A DNA stretch of 64,000 nt from Verrucomicrobiia bacterium (GTDB lineage: Bacteria > Verrucomicrobiota > Verrucomicrobiia > Limisphaerales > UBA1319), in NCBI GenBank assembly GCA_963664225.1, contig OY760937.1, positions 3,360,001 through 3,424,000 on the forward strand, in the 5' to 3' direction. The notes under the pieces were generated by a model. The model saw nothing but the letters and a program-made list of their open reading frames with translations, was not told where the DNA came from and did not search any database. Positions 19,601 to 28,978 of this stretch are shown here, one piece after another. The position numbers were made by a program, and so were the translations under genes. Each line of letters opens with the position of its first letter. The stretch's first letter is position 1.

Positions 19601-22192
19601 ACATTCCCGGCTGCTTACACCGTCAATCCGGCGGGCCAGATCGGTTCCAGCGTTGCCGCTTTCGGTGCATGGACGAATCTGAGCACCGGCACCGACAGCA
19701 GCGTTTGGGCTCTCGCTCATGACGGCGTGAACGTGTATGCGGGCGGCGATTTCCTGACCGCCGGCGGCGTGCCAGCCAACTACGTGGCCAAGTGGGACGG
19801 GGCGACCTGGTCGAACCTCGGCGGCGGGATGGACGGCACGGTTTACGCCTTGGTGCAGGCTGGTGCCAGCCTTTATGCGGGCGGCGCGTTTACGAACGCC
19901 GACGGCACGACGGTCAACTCTGTGGCTGTTTGGAACGGCACAAGCTGGAGTCCTCTGGGCGCCGGCATGAACGGCACTGTTAACGCCCTGGCCTTTGACG
20001 GCGTCAACCTCTATGCGGGTGGCTCTTTCACAACTGCGGGCGGTGCGCCTGCCAGTAACATTGCAATGTGGAATGGCACATCTTGGTCCGCTGTCGGTTC
20101 CGGCACAGACGGCGCGGTGCTTGCCTTGACCTGCATCGGCACAACCCTCTACGCAGGTGGCGACTTCCTGAACGCCGGTGGCGTGCCAGTCAATTACGTT
20201 GCGACGTGGGACGGCACGACATGGGCTCCTCTGGGCACCGGCATGAATACAACGGTGTTTGCCTTGACACACGACAGCGTGAACCTCTACGCGGGTGGCT
20301 CCTTTGTGACCGCCGGTGGTGCGACGGCCAACTCCGTGGCCATGTGGAATGGCACAAGCTGGACCGCCCTTGGCGCCGGCATGGATCCAAGTGTTTACGC
20401 CCTGGCTTACAACGGAACCAGCCTGTATGCGGGCGGCACGTTCACAACTGCTGGCGGTGTGGCCGCCAACTCCGTGGCCATGTGGGATGGGACAAGCTGG
20501 ACAAATCTTGCCAGTGGCACGGACGGTTTCGTCTATGCCCTGTCTCATAACGGAACCAGCCTCGTGGCGGGTGGTCAGTTCAACATCGCCGGTGGAGTCG
20601 CCGCCGTCGATATTGCTCAATGGAATGCCACAGCCCCTGCTTCCACAGGCGTGGAACCCAGTTCCGGCCCCTGGACCGGCGGCTTTACCGTCATCATCTC
20701 AGGCTCCAACTTGGGTAACGGAAGCGACATTTATGACGTGACCCTGTGCGGTGTGAGTGTGACCTCCATCACCAGCCAGTCCGCCTCTCAAGTAATCGTG
20801 GTGGCTGCTCCAGGCACCCCCGGTTTGGGGGATGTGCGGGTGTTCTCCACGAGCTTCGGCGAAACGGTTAAAGCCAACGCATTCACTTATACCGCGCCTG
20901 TCCTCGAGGTGCTCGGCACGGACGGTTCGGTGATCGCCAGTGGCAGCGCTGCTTCAACGGTCAATGGCACGGACTTCGGCAGTCTCGCCTTGGGCCTGAA
21001 GATGACAAACCAGTTCTCGATCACCAACTCTGGCGACCAAGTTCTGAATATCAGCGCCACAGCCTTGACGGGTGATGCGACCTTTGCGCTCCTCGACACA
21101 CTGCCCGCCACCCTGGCCGCAGGCGCCTCCTCCACGTTCCGGGTTGAATTCAACCCGACCGCGTTTGGACCCTCCGCAGCCACATTGTGGATCACCAACG
21201 ATGCAATTGCCGGCACCTACTCAGTCCTGCTGAGTGGCGCTGCAGTCGGTTCGCTGGGCACTGAAACGGCCGGGTCCACCACTTGGGCGGGCGGCGGCAA
21301 TTTCACCTGGGAGATCAATTCCGCCACTGGAACCGCAGGCGCGGATCCTGGCTGGGACTTGCTCGATATCACCGGCACGCTGGACATTACCGCCACAAGC
21401 GGGAGCACGTTCACTCTGAACCTGATCACTCTCACACCGCCGGCAAATGCGCCCGGTGCCATGGCCAACTTCGATAATACCCTGGCCTACGATTGGATGA
21501 TTGTCCGGGCCAGCGGCGGTATCATCGGGTTTGCCCCGGATCGCTTCAGCCTCAACACGAGCGGATTCGCCAACGGCCTGAACGGTGGCCTGTTGACCCT
21601 CGCTCAGGTTGGCAACGAACTCCATGTTCTCTTCAGCCCCGCGGGCAACCATGCTCCCGTCGCTGAATCCATCACCGCTGGAGTACGCCAGGGCAGAAGC
21701 CTGACCTTGAGCGTCGCCAAATTGCTCGCCAGGGCCACCGACGTGGATGGCGACACACTCACGCTGGTCGGTTTGAGCCCCAGCAGTGCGGGTATGACCC
21801 TGTCACTGGCGGCGGGTCAGATTACTTACACGCCGGCCATCGCCTTCTCCGGCACGGATACATTCACTTACACCATTGCTGACGGGCACGGGGCCACCGC
21901 CACCGCCACGGTAACCGTGACAGTCACACCCGCCGACGCGGCGTCTATCAACGTGGTGTTTGGACCCGTGGTCAACGCGGGCAACTTCGTGGTGCGCTTT
22001 GCGGGCATACCGGGCTATGAATACACCATCGAGTCCACCGACAGCCTCTTGCCCGCCACTTGGGTGAAGAAGCAAAATCTAATCGCCCCCACAACCGCAG
22101 GGAGTTTTGGGGTTGGCGTGTTCGAGTTCACCGAACCCACCGGAGGAGCGACCAGTCGCTTTTATCGGACTGTTTGGCCGGCCTATGAATGA
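13652..22192 (+). CDS. Giant secreted modular surface protein (4x [IPT/TIG - 7-blade beta-propeller - IPT/TIG - ASH/Ig-like], then Ig/cadherin-like domain and C-terminal RFYR domain)
   Basis: Likely start MKSCNS at 13652 after AAGGAAAA. Signal peptide (LRFALAAFMVAMLAFTARA). 28 repeats of ~46 aa (V.AL...LYAGG.F..AGG..A..VA.W.G..W..LG.GM). GP..GG..V.I IPT starts, an NHAPVA...F.G.D.FTYTI.DG Ig-like repeat, and a terminal SRFYRTVWP. Confidence 0.9.
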   Translation: MKSCNSPTNLRNFISQSAKTNWAQGCLRFALAAFMVAMLAFTARADILVIPNVGPFAGGNTVTITNTTATFGTITNVLLDGVQATIDATDATSVTFTAPAVGSAGLKDILIQTAENVDTTLTGAYTVNPAGQIGVSVPGSGGWTNLSTGTDNSVWSLAYDGANVYAGGDFLTAGGVPANYVAKWDGTTWSNLGSGMNGTVYALVRAGANLYAGGAFTTADGATVNSVAVWNGASWSPLGTGMDGTVNSLAFDGVNLYAGGFFTTAGGVPASNIAMWNGASWSAVGTGTDGAVLALTYNGTILYAGGDFLNAGGVTVNYVAMWDGTTWAPLGSGMDSTVLTLTHDSANLYAGGAFTSANGASAAYVAMWNGASWSSLGTGMDTPVYALTSDGTNIYAGGTFTTAGGVAASSVAMWDGTSWTNMASGTDGFVFALAHAGVDLVAGGQFVTAGGVTAINIAEWNGAAPASSGVEPSSGPYTGGFTVVISGSNLGDGGDIIDVTLCGVSVASITSQSASQVIVVAGVGTPGLGDVRVFSKSFGETVKLNGFTYTGPGMQVLGVDGSVIATDSGASLANGTAFGHILVGTSVIHTFTLTNNAPTEAGIAGYATNGPDAAFFGVTGIPATIPGAGSVPITVTYHPLTIGSHTAFLTITNDPAAAPYTVNLSGSAFQISPVIGPFAGGNTVTITNGGLGTITNILVGGVQAAIVSALADSVTFTMPAFTTPGIKDIVIQTSDSGSFTLVGAYTVNPAGQIGSSVATSGAWTNLSTGTDNSVWALAYDGVNVYAGGDFLTAGGVPANYVATWDGTNWSNLGGGMDGTVYALVRAGANLYAGGAFTNADGATVNSVAVWNGTSWSPLGTGMDGTVNALAFDGVNLYAGGFFTTAGGVPANNIAMWNGTSWSAVGTGTDGAVLALTYDGVNLYAGGDFEVAGGVAVDFVARWNGTTWASLGAGMDSTVLSLTYDSANLYAGGAFTTAGGALANHVAMWNGTSWSPLGTGMDTSVSALTSDGTNLFAGGTFTTAGGVPASSVAMWDGTSWTNMASGTDGFVFALAHAGLDLVAGGQFATAGGVTAINIAEWNGTAPASSGVEPNSGPWTGGFTVVISGSNLGDGGDIIDVTLCGVSVASITSQSASQVIVVAGVGTPGLGDVRVFSKSFGETVKLNAFTYTGSSLEVLGVDGSVIASDTTPSLANGSAFGHVPVGSSILHNFTLTNSGPVDLNISGFATDGTDAAYFAVAGIPAIVPAGGAAAFTVTYNPLVVGDHTALLTITNDSPTNLYLVNLSGSAFQVTPASGPFAGGNTVVINNGNLGAITSILVGGVPALFDEFSANQVTITIPAIGSSGLVDIVIQTSDIGNITLAGAYTVNPAGQIGGFVTGPNAWTNLDSGLNERVYYGLAYDGTNLFAGGLFTTAGGQPANYVARWDGTNWFNLGIGMDERVLSLLLVGTNLYAAGDFTHAGGVSANHVARWDGTSWSAVGSGMNNSVNTLAYDGTYLYAGGDFTLADGLPANNMARWDGTSWSSVGGGMSGSSDSVRALVVDGPNLYVGGSFATAGGVPVSNMARWDGTTWSSLGTGMNGGVYRLELVGTSLYAGGSFTTAGGVPADDVAMWDGTSWSALGLGMDSTIFAMAHDGTNLYAGGAFTTADNQPANYVAMWNGTTWTNLGTGMDGRVLSLLHDGKSLYAGGWFTNAGGVLVNHIAKWTAPVTPFTGVEPSSGPWTGGFTVVISGSNLGNGSDITNVTLNGASVASITSQTSSEVVVVAAAGAPGLGDVRVFSTSFGETVKPNAFTYTAPGLQVLDSNGLLVANDSPASLVSGTDFGSVNLGSSVVHTFSLTNDGTTDLTITGYSTNGPDAANFAVDGIPTTIPVGGQTSFTITYSPLSAGGHTAYLTITNDSPANPYIVNLAGSAFSVIPNVGPFGGGNTVTLNNGLFGTITNVLVGGVQATILSSAANSVTFIMPAFASAGVKDIVLQTSDNGEITFPAAYTVNPAGQIGSSVAAFGAWTNLSTGTDSSVWALAHDGVNVYAGGDFLTAGGVPANYVAKWDGATWSNLGGGMDGTVYALVQAGASLYAGGAFTNADGTTVNSVAVWNGTSWSPLGAGMNGTVNALAFDGVNLYAGGSFTTAGGAPASNIAMWNGTSWSAVGSGTDGAVLALTCIGTTLYAGGDFLNAGGVPVNYVATWDGTTWAPLGTGMNTTVFALTHDSVNLYAGGSFVTAGGATANSVAMWNGTSWTALGAGMDPSVYALAYNGTSLYAGGTFTTAGGVAANSVAMWDGTSWTNLASGTDGFVYALSHNGTSLVAGGQFNIAGGVAAVDIAQWNATAPASTGVEPSSGPWTGGFTVIISGSNLGNGSDIYDVTLCGVSVTSITSQSASQVIVVAAPGTPGLGDVRVFSTSFGETVKANAFTYTAPVLEVLGTDGSVIASGSAASTVNGTDFGSLALGLKMTNQFSITNSGDQVLNISATALTGDATFALLDTLPATLAAGASSTFRVEFNPTAFGPSAATLWITNDAIAGTYSVLLSGAAVGSLGTETAGSTTWAGGGNFTWEINSATGTAGADPGWDLLDITGTLDITATSGSTFTLNLITLTPPANAPGAMANFDNTLAYDWMIVRASGGIIGFAPDRFSLNTSGFANGLNGGLLTLAQVGNELHVLFSPAGNHAPVAESITAGVRQGRSLTLSVAKLLARATDVDGDTLTLVGLSPSSAGMTLSLAAGQITYTPAIAFSGTDTFTYTIADGHGATATATVTVTVTPADAASINVVFGPVVNAGNFVVRFAGIPGYEYTIESTDSLLPATWVKKQNLIAPTTAGSFGVGVFEFTEPTGGATSRFYRTVWPAYE
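13790..21248 (+). repeat. Four intragenic ~1.87-kb tandem modules
   Basis: Equivalent GPF(A/G)GGNTV codons start at 13811, 15677, 17537 and 19409 (spacings 1866, 1860, 1872 nt). The propellers of modules 1, 2 and 4 share long near-identical DNA stretches; module 3 is diverged. Confidence 0.9.
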
Positions 22193-22248
22193 AAATGAAC
22201 CTGACGGCAAAACTTTAAGAAATACAAAAAAATTCACTCAAGAAATTT

Positions 22249-22959
22249 ATGAGAAAGAAAATTTTGAAGCAGGCCATCAAACCGATCACCTTGGCGCTCC
22301 TCTTGACGGGCCTGCCCGCCTTTGGCCAGGTGACTTTGACATCGAGTTGGACCGGTTCTCAGGCCATTCCTGACGGCGATGCCACAGGCATTGCCTATAA
22401 CTTCAACCTGACCGATCCGGCAACCGTGATCCAAAATGTTTCGGTTACCTTGAACCTTTCAGGCGGATGGAACGGTGACCTTTACGCCTATTTGTCCCAC
22501 GGCACCGAGTCAGCGGTGTTGCTCAACCGGGTGGGCGTCAGCGCCGGCAACGCAGACGGCTATGGAAACCCCGGATTTTCCGTGACCTTGAGCGGCAGCG
22601 CCCTGGGTGACATTCACAACTACCAGGCCCTTAGCCCGAGTTTTAACGGTTCCGGTCAGCTAACCGGCACTTGGGGGGCTGATGGGCGTAGCATCGCTCC
22701 AAACTCATTGGGATCGGCGTTCGATTCCGCTCCTCGGAATGCCACGCTGAGCACACTCAACGGGACCGATCCTAACGGAAACTGGACGCTGTTTATCGCG
22801 GATGTATCGGGTGGATTCACCTCGACCTTGAATGGTTATACGGTGGAGGTGACGGCCGTGCCTGAGCCAGCCGAGACGGCGCTGGTGATGGGCGCCATCG
22901 TTGGCCTCACCGCTCTGGTGCTAAAAAAACGCAATAATAAAGCGCAGTTGGCCGGATAG
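22249..22959 (+). CDS. PEP-CTERM sorting-domain protein (proprotein-convertase P-domain-like)
   Basis: Signal peptide, an IPDGD...NGDLYAYLSHG...PNGNWTLFIAD body, and a C-terminal VPEP + TM helix + KKR. Confidence 0.9.
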   Translation: MRKKILKQAIKPITLALLLTGLPAFGQVTLTSSWTGSQAIPDGDATGIAYNFNLTDPATVIQNVSVTLNLSGGWNGDLYAYLSHGTESAVLLNRVGVSAGNADGYGNPGFSVTLSGSALGDIHNYQALSPSFNGSGQLTGTWGADGRSIAPNSLGSAFDSAPRNATLSTLNGTDPNGNWTLFIADVSGGFTSTLNGYTVEVTAVPEPAETALVMGAIVGLTALVLKKRNNKAQLAG

Positions 22960-22992
22960 TTGGCCCGCTGGCTTTTTAAAGAAACTTCGAAG

Positions 22993-23033
22993 AGCATCGG
23001 TCAGTGGCACTTGCTGACCGATGCTTCTTTTTT
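22993..23033 (+). terminator. Intrinsic terminator after the PEP-CTERM gene
   Basis: 12-bp perfect stem AGCATCGGTCAG / CTGACCGATGCT followed by TCTTTTTT. Confidence 0.85.
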
Positions 23034-23111
23034 GTTCGTTATCGATCCGCAGTTTTATTGGGCGGATTGCTTCTTCGCGATGTATTTCACATCTTCAAGT
23101 CCATCAAACGT

Positions 23112-24425
23112 TTATTTCAGCGCATTGTATTTTTCCAGCGCCCAGCGTTGCCATTCGATCTTTTTGCGATTCCGAAATGCCGGTTCCTTCCACGGTCCTT
23201 TCGCCATCGCCAGGGCCTCCTGCTCGGCGAGCGGGGCTTGACCCAATCGCGCCACCTCGTTCGTTTGGCATCCACGCCGGATCACGGCCTGCCAGGCGCT
23301 GCGCAATTCAGGATGCACGTCCACCAGCAAGGCCCCGGCCATCGCCGCCACCAGGTCACCCCGGGCGCGCGCCTGGTTGCCATCGAACTTGAAGGTTTGC
23401 TTCAGGTCGAAAGGTGAATACTCGATGTTGCTCACGTCGTGGTAGCGCTTGTAGAGATCGGGCCGGACCGGCATGCGCTCGATGGAGAACTGGCGGGCCC
23501 CGCCCTGATATCCTTTGGGCAGATACCAGAGTTTCTGACCCGTCTCGGAGAGCACAAAATCGACGAACCTTCTGGCTTCCACGGCGTGCGGCGCCCCTTT
23601 GAGCAGCGCCAGCCCGTCAGGGACAATCCCGGCCACGTCCTCGGGCAGCGCGAATACCAGTTCAGCGCGTCCGGCGGCGGCGATCTGTGTGAATGCATAA
23701 AAATCGATGGCGGGCGCACAGGCCGTTTCGCCCAGCGTGACGTCTTTGGCGGTGTTGGATGAAAAGCGGTCGATTTTGCGGGCGTTGCCTGACAAACAGG
23801 CCAGGAGCTGCCACCCGCGCTCCCATCCGTAGGCCTGAAGCAGCGTTTCAAACATCGTGATCATGGAGCCGCTGTTGCGCGGATCCCCCACGCCCACCCA
23901 GCCTTGAAGGGCCGGATCCGCCAGTTGGTCCCAGCGAACGATGGCAGGCAGACCCATGAGCTTTTGAACCCGCTTATTTTGTAGAATGCCGAAGCTCGAG
24001 AGCGCCGTCCCATACCATCGATGCCCGGCATCGTAGAGATCCACGCCCTTCCAGTTTTGCGGAATCCCTTCGAGGATCGCCGCGGCGGGAACATACGTTT
24101 CGCACAGGCCGCGGTCCGCGAGCATCAGGTAAGGCTCGATGCCGCCGCCAAAAAAACAATCGATGCCGATGCCCCCCGGTTTGCTGGCGAACTCGGACAA
24201 CACAAATCGCATGGCGTCGGTGGAGCCGCCCACGTCGCGCCATTCCACTTCCGACTCTTCATGATACTGCGCGCGATACCATTCCGCATAGGCGCGCGCG
24301 AATTCGATGCGAATCGCCTCGTTATGCGGCGAGATGACGACCACGTGATTCTGCGCGTGCGTGGAGAGGGCGAGCATCCAGAGCGATGCAACGAAGCCCG
24401 CCATCCAATGGGTGAGGTTTCTCAC
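23112..24425 (-). CDS. ABC transporter extracellular solute-binding protein (Fe3+/polyamine-like class)
   Basis: Signal peptide, VVISPH, IDCFFGGG, DPRNSGS, A.LKGAPH..EARRFVDFVLSETGQ. Confidence 0.85.
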   Translation of the reverse strand: MRNLTHWMAGFVASLWMLALSTHAQNHVVVISPHNEAIRIEFARAYAEWYRAQYHEESEVEWRDVGGSTDAMRFVLSEFASKPGGIGIDCFFGGGIEPYLMLADRGLCETYVPAAAILEGIPQNWKGVDLYDAGHRWYGTALSSFGILQNKRVQKLMGLPAIVRWDQLADPALQGWVGVGDPRNSGSMITMFETLLQAYGWERGWQLLACLSGNARKIDRFSSNTAKDVTLGETACAPAIDFYAFTQIAAAGRAELVFALPEDVAGIVPDGLALLKGAPHAVEARRFVDFVLSETGQKLWYLPKGYQGGARQFSIERMPVRPDLYKRYHDVSNIEYSPFDLKQTFKFDGNQARARGDLVAAMAGALLVDVHPELRSAWQAVIRRGCQTNEVARLGQAPLAEQEALAMAKGPWKEPAFRNRKKIEWQRWALEKYNALK

Positions 24426-24476
24426 AAAAGCATGATCACAGCTTTAACAGTATTGGCGTCCCGGGTGGGCGCGGGG

Positions 24477-25607
24477 TCAGCGAACGGCGCCCGCCAGCGG
24501 CTGTGGCGGTTTGGACGCCGGGCTCTCCAGAAAGTCCCGCGTCAACCCCTTGAGCAAGTCCACTTCCAACAGGAACGCGTCATGCCCGTAATCGCTTTGG
24601 ATTTCCATGTAGGTGGCATCCACGCCGCGCTTGAGCAGGGCCCGCACCAATTCCCGCGATTGCGACGGTGGAAAGAGCCAGTCCGAGCTAAAGCTGACGA
24701 TCAGGAACCTTGCGCGCGCATGCTCGAACGCATCCGCCAGCGAGGGCAGCCCCGCCGACATGTCGAAATAGTCGATCGCCTTGGTGATGTAGAGAAAGGC
24801 GTTCGCGTCGAAACGATTCGTAAAGGCGTTGCCGCGATAGCGCAGGTAGCTTTCCACCGCGAAATCGGTCTCGAAATCATACCCGTACTGCGGCCGTTCC
24901 TGGAGGCGACGGCCGAATTTTTCGTGCATCGAGGCATCGCTCAGATAGGTGATGTGCCCGATCATGCGCGCCACCGCCAGGCCTTTGCTTGGAGGTTCGT
25001 TGTCGTAATAATTGCCCTTGCGCCAGTTTGGATCCGCGTAAATGGCCTGACGCGCCACTTCGTCCAGCGCAATGGTCTGCGGGGAGACCCGCGCGGTCGA
25101 GGCCAGGATGAGGGCGTTGCGCACGCGATCCGGATGCGACACCGCCCATTGCAGCGCCTGCATGCCGCCCATGCTCCCGCCCACCACGGCGAGGATCTGA
25201 TCGATGCCCAGGAAATCCATGAGCACACGCTGGGATTCCACCATGTCCGCCACCGTCACAATCGGGAAATCCAGTCCGTAGCGCCGACCGGTCAGCGGGT
25301 TCATGGAACCCGGTCCCGTGCTGCCCTGGCATCCGCCCAGCACATTCACGCAAACCACGAAATAGCGGTCCGTATCGAATATTTTCTTCGAGCCCACCGC
25401 CTCCTCCCACCAGCCTTCATGGTCCCCCTCGAAATGGGAGGCCACGTGCGAATCCCCCGAAAGCGCGTGCAGGATCAGAATCACATTATCCCGCGCAGCA
25501 TTGAGCCTGCCGTAGGTTTCGTACGCGAGCGTGAACTCCGGCAGCACCGCCTTGCTTTGCAGCGTGAGCGGTTGCCGGAAGGTGACCAATTGAGGTTTGC
25601 TGACCAT
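24477..25607 (-). CDS. metX: Homoserine O-acetyltransferase
   Basis: LAYETYGRLN, HALSGDSH, GGSMGGMQAL (catalytic Ser), SDWLFP, YGHDAFL. Confidence 0.95.
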   Translation of the reverse strand: MVSKPQLVTFRQPLTLQSKAVLPEFTLAYETYGRLNAARDNVILILHALSGDSHVASHFEGDHEGWWEEAVGSKKIFDTDRYFVVCVNVLGGCQGSTGPGSMNPLTGRRYGLDFPIVTVADMVESQRVLMDFLGIDQILAVVGGSMGGMQALQWAVSHPDRVRNALILASTARVSPQTIALDEVARQAIYADPNWRKGNYYDNEPPSKGLAVARMIGHITYLSDASMHEKFGRRLQERPQYGYDFETDFAVESYLRYRGNAFTNRFDANAFLYITKAIDYFDMSAGLPSLADAFEHARARFLIVSFSSDWLFPPSQSRELVRALLKRGVDATYMEIQSDYGHDAFLLEVDLLKGLTRDFLESPASKPPQPLAGAVR

Positions 25608-25636
25608 GCCAGGTATTCGGGTTACTTGAACAACCC

Positions 25637-26980
<1,344 letters not shown>

Positions 26981-27092
26981 TCATATCCATTACCCGGGAA
27001 AAGCCCGCAACGGCCGTACTGGATAACCTATCCTCTGAAAACACCTCCCCTTCAAGTGGAAAAAGCCCCGATGCCTCCGCAATCCGGGGTTT

Positions 27093-27112
27093 GGAGTCCC
27101 GGCTTCAGCCGG
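27093..27112 (+). repeat. Solitary REP-like palindrome
   Basis: GGAGTC-CCGGCT-TC-AGCCGG: a short leader plus perfect hairpin in an intergenic region. Only one copy in the window. Confidence 0.4.
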
Positions 27113-27485
27113 CCAGGTGATCGTATTTCCCCGTCGCTATGAGCGTCATTCCCAGCCCGTTAGCGGTTTGCTTCAAGGGCCGTTCATCTCCGCAATCTAC
27201 GAGTCAAATCACCCACCGCCGCACTTCGCGTAACGCACCTATAATTGCCTGCCCACGCCAACAATGAATTGACACCCACACCCATTTGCCAATGATGGCC
27301 ACCGTGTCACCACTCGTCCGCAACAGTGGAAGAAAAAGGAAAGCAAGCATGCACAAATGCAAACGCAATAATCCGGCGTGTCCTTCAGAAATTATGAGCC
27401 GTGCGCCCAACCTGATCAATTTGTCAAACCATCGCCCGTTTCAGGTGGCATTTACTGAATATGACCGTTAAATGACCTGCAGAAT

Positions 27486-27809
27486 ATGGGTGATAAACAC
27501 CTTCAGGAATTGCGCAGTGCTCTGGAAGGGAAAGGCTGGCGGTTGCTTCGCCAGGATGAAGGCGATGGCTACCGGATTTCAGCCGTGTGGCGAATCCAGC
27601 GGAGCACCCGCATGGAGCCCATCGAACTTTTTTTTGAAGGACTCAACGATCTGCATGTATTGCCCATTCAAAAAGCCTATGCGTGCGCGGTTAAAGATCA
27701 GAAGGAAATTTCCGTTTATTTTGGATCGATGAAGGAGTTTCGTAAAGCGCTGCCTGCATTTGTGATCGCCTTGGATCAGTTGGAACGAGATGAAAACAAG
27801 ACTGCTTAA
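27486..27809 (+). CDS. Hypothetical protein, probable former gene cassette
   Basis: 107-aa ORF preceded by GTTAAAT (GTTRRRY, 27467-27473). Its stop lies inside GCTTAAC (RYYYAAC). Confidence 0.7.
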   Translation: MGDKHLQELRSALEGKGWRLLRQDEGDGYRISAVWRIQRSTRMEPIELFFEGLNDLHVLPIQKAYACAVKDQKEISVYFGSMKEFRKALPAFVIALDQLERDENKTA

Positions 27810-27869
27810 CAAACCGACTGCACCGGAGCTCGCGATAACGTCTCGGTTCCATGCCGGATGTCGCGGGCG
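27804..27869 (+). mobile_element. Truncated integron attC-like site (left half)
   Basis: GCTTAAC-AAACCG-ACTGCACCGGAGC... begins at the stop codon. TTAAC is complementary to the GTTAA upstream of the same gene. No right-hand GTTRRRY box. Confidence 0.55.
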
Positions 27870-27897
27870 TGAAGATTGTTTATCTGTAGTATTCTAA

Positions 27898-28158
27898 ATG
27901 GCTGACCCCAGAATTATGAAGCCACACATTGTTGCAGACGGAAACTTGAGACTGCGACAGGACAAAAAGTTTCAGACGCGATTGCAGGAACTGAGCAATT
28001 CCATCCGCGCCCGCCATGTGGCGGAGCTCGCCAAGGCTGGTTTTTTCCGACGACTGGTTTTGCGCTGGCGCATAGCCACGGAAGTTCGCAAAGAACAGCG
28101 AAAGCTTAAGCCGTCACACCAATCCCTTTACATCAGCCGTATCGCACCGCGCGTTTAG
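27898..28158 (+). CDS. Small basic hypothetical protein
   Basis: 86-aa ORF co-oriented within a run of short genes. Confidence 0.55.
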   Translation: MADPRIMKPHIVADGNLRLRQDKKFQTRLQELSNSIRARHVAELAKAGFFRRLVLRWRIATEVRKEQRKLKPSHQSLYISRIAPRV

Positions 28159-28184
28159 TTAACCCCACTCACCCCATCACATCT

Positions 28185-28511
28185 ATGTTCATCACCACTA
28201 CATTCTCATTCGAGGGATATCAGATCGTCGAATACAAAGGCATCGTTCGCGGCATCATTGTTCGCGCCCCGACCATCGCTCAAGGCATTGTCGGCGGCCT
28301 CAAGAACATCATCGGCGGGCGCATCGGCGCCTACACCGAGATGTGCGAGCAAGCCCGCCAGCAGGCCTATGATTATATGTTGAAGCATGCCTCTGACCTT
28401 GGCGCCAACGCGATTGTCGGTGTCCGCTATGATGCCTCGGAAGTTGTCAGCAGCGGCTCGGCAACGGAGGTGCTGTGCTATGGCACCGCAGTCGTTATTC
28501 AGAAAATATGA
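28185..28511 (+). CDS. YbjQ/UPF0145 family protein
   Basis: ITTT...GY.I.EYKGIVRG...GLKNIIGG...ARQQA...A..LGANAIVGVRYD...CYGTAV pattern. Confidence 0.92.
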   Translation: MFITTTFSFEGYQIVEYKGIVRGIIVRAPTIAQGIVGGLKNIIGGRIGAYTEMCEQARQQAYDYMLKHASDLGANAIVGVRYDASEVVSSGSATEVLCYGTAVVIQKI

Positions 28512-28550
28512 GCCGCGCGATCCGCTGACTACACCACCAAACCAACGATT

Positions 28551-28787
28551 ATGACTAACGAAAGAATGCAGTGTCCAAAATGCAATGGACAGATGGTGCA
28601 GGGGTTTGTGCCGGATTATTCCCAGTCGGCGGCCCTTGTCGCAGCCTGGCATCTTGGCCAACCCCAAAAGTCATTCTGGACCAAAACGAAAGTGTCGCAT
28701 TCAGAAGGTTTGCCCATTGGCGCCTTCCGCTGTCAGAGATGTGGTTACCTGGAATTCTACGCGGATGCCCGATTCGCAGCGGAATGA
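28551..28787 (+). CDS. Small zinc-ribbon protein (CPKC...RCQRCGYLEFYA)
   Basis: Two CxxC pairs at the N- and C-terminus in a 78-aa ORF. Confidence 0.75.
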   Translation: MTNERMQCPKCNGQMVQGFVPDYSQSAALVAAWHLGQPQKSFWTKTKVSHSEGLPIGAFRCQRCGYLEFYADARFAAE

Positions 28788-28978
28788 AATGGCAGGTTGC
28801 TTCCTCAACACTGGCATTATTTGAAATACGCCCGCCCGCACCAGATAAGCGTGGAAAGATCCACTACGCTTGCCGCCCAAGCGCAGACTGGGGTGAGGGG
28901 TTCCATTGAACCAAGCCCCACCCCACAAAAAACCGCCAACTCCAACGGCGTCGAATCAAAGCCTTAATTTGCTTTGTC

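Noticed and set aside
13790..21248. Regular repeats considered as a CRISPR array or a diversity-generating retroelement target
   Set aside because: The repeats are in-frame coding modules with no constant repeat/unique spacer pattern. There is no cas or reverse transcriptase gene and no obvious adenine-specific variation.
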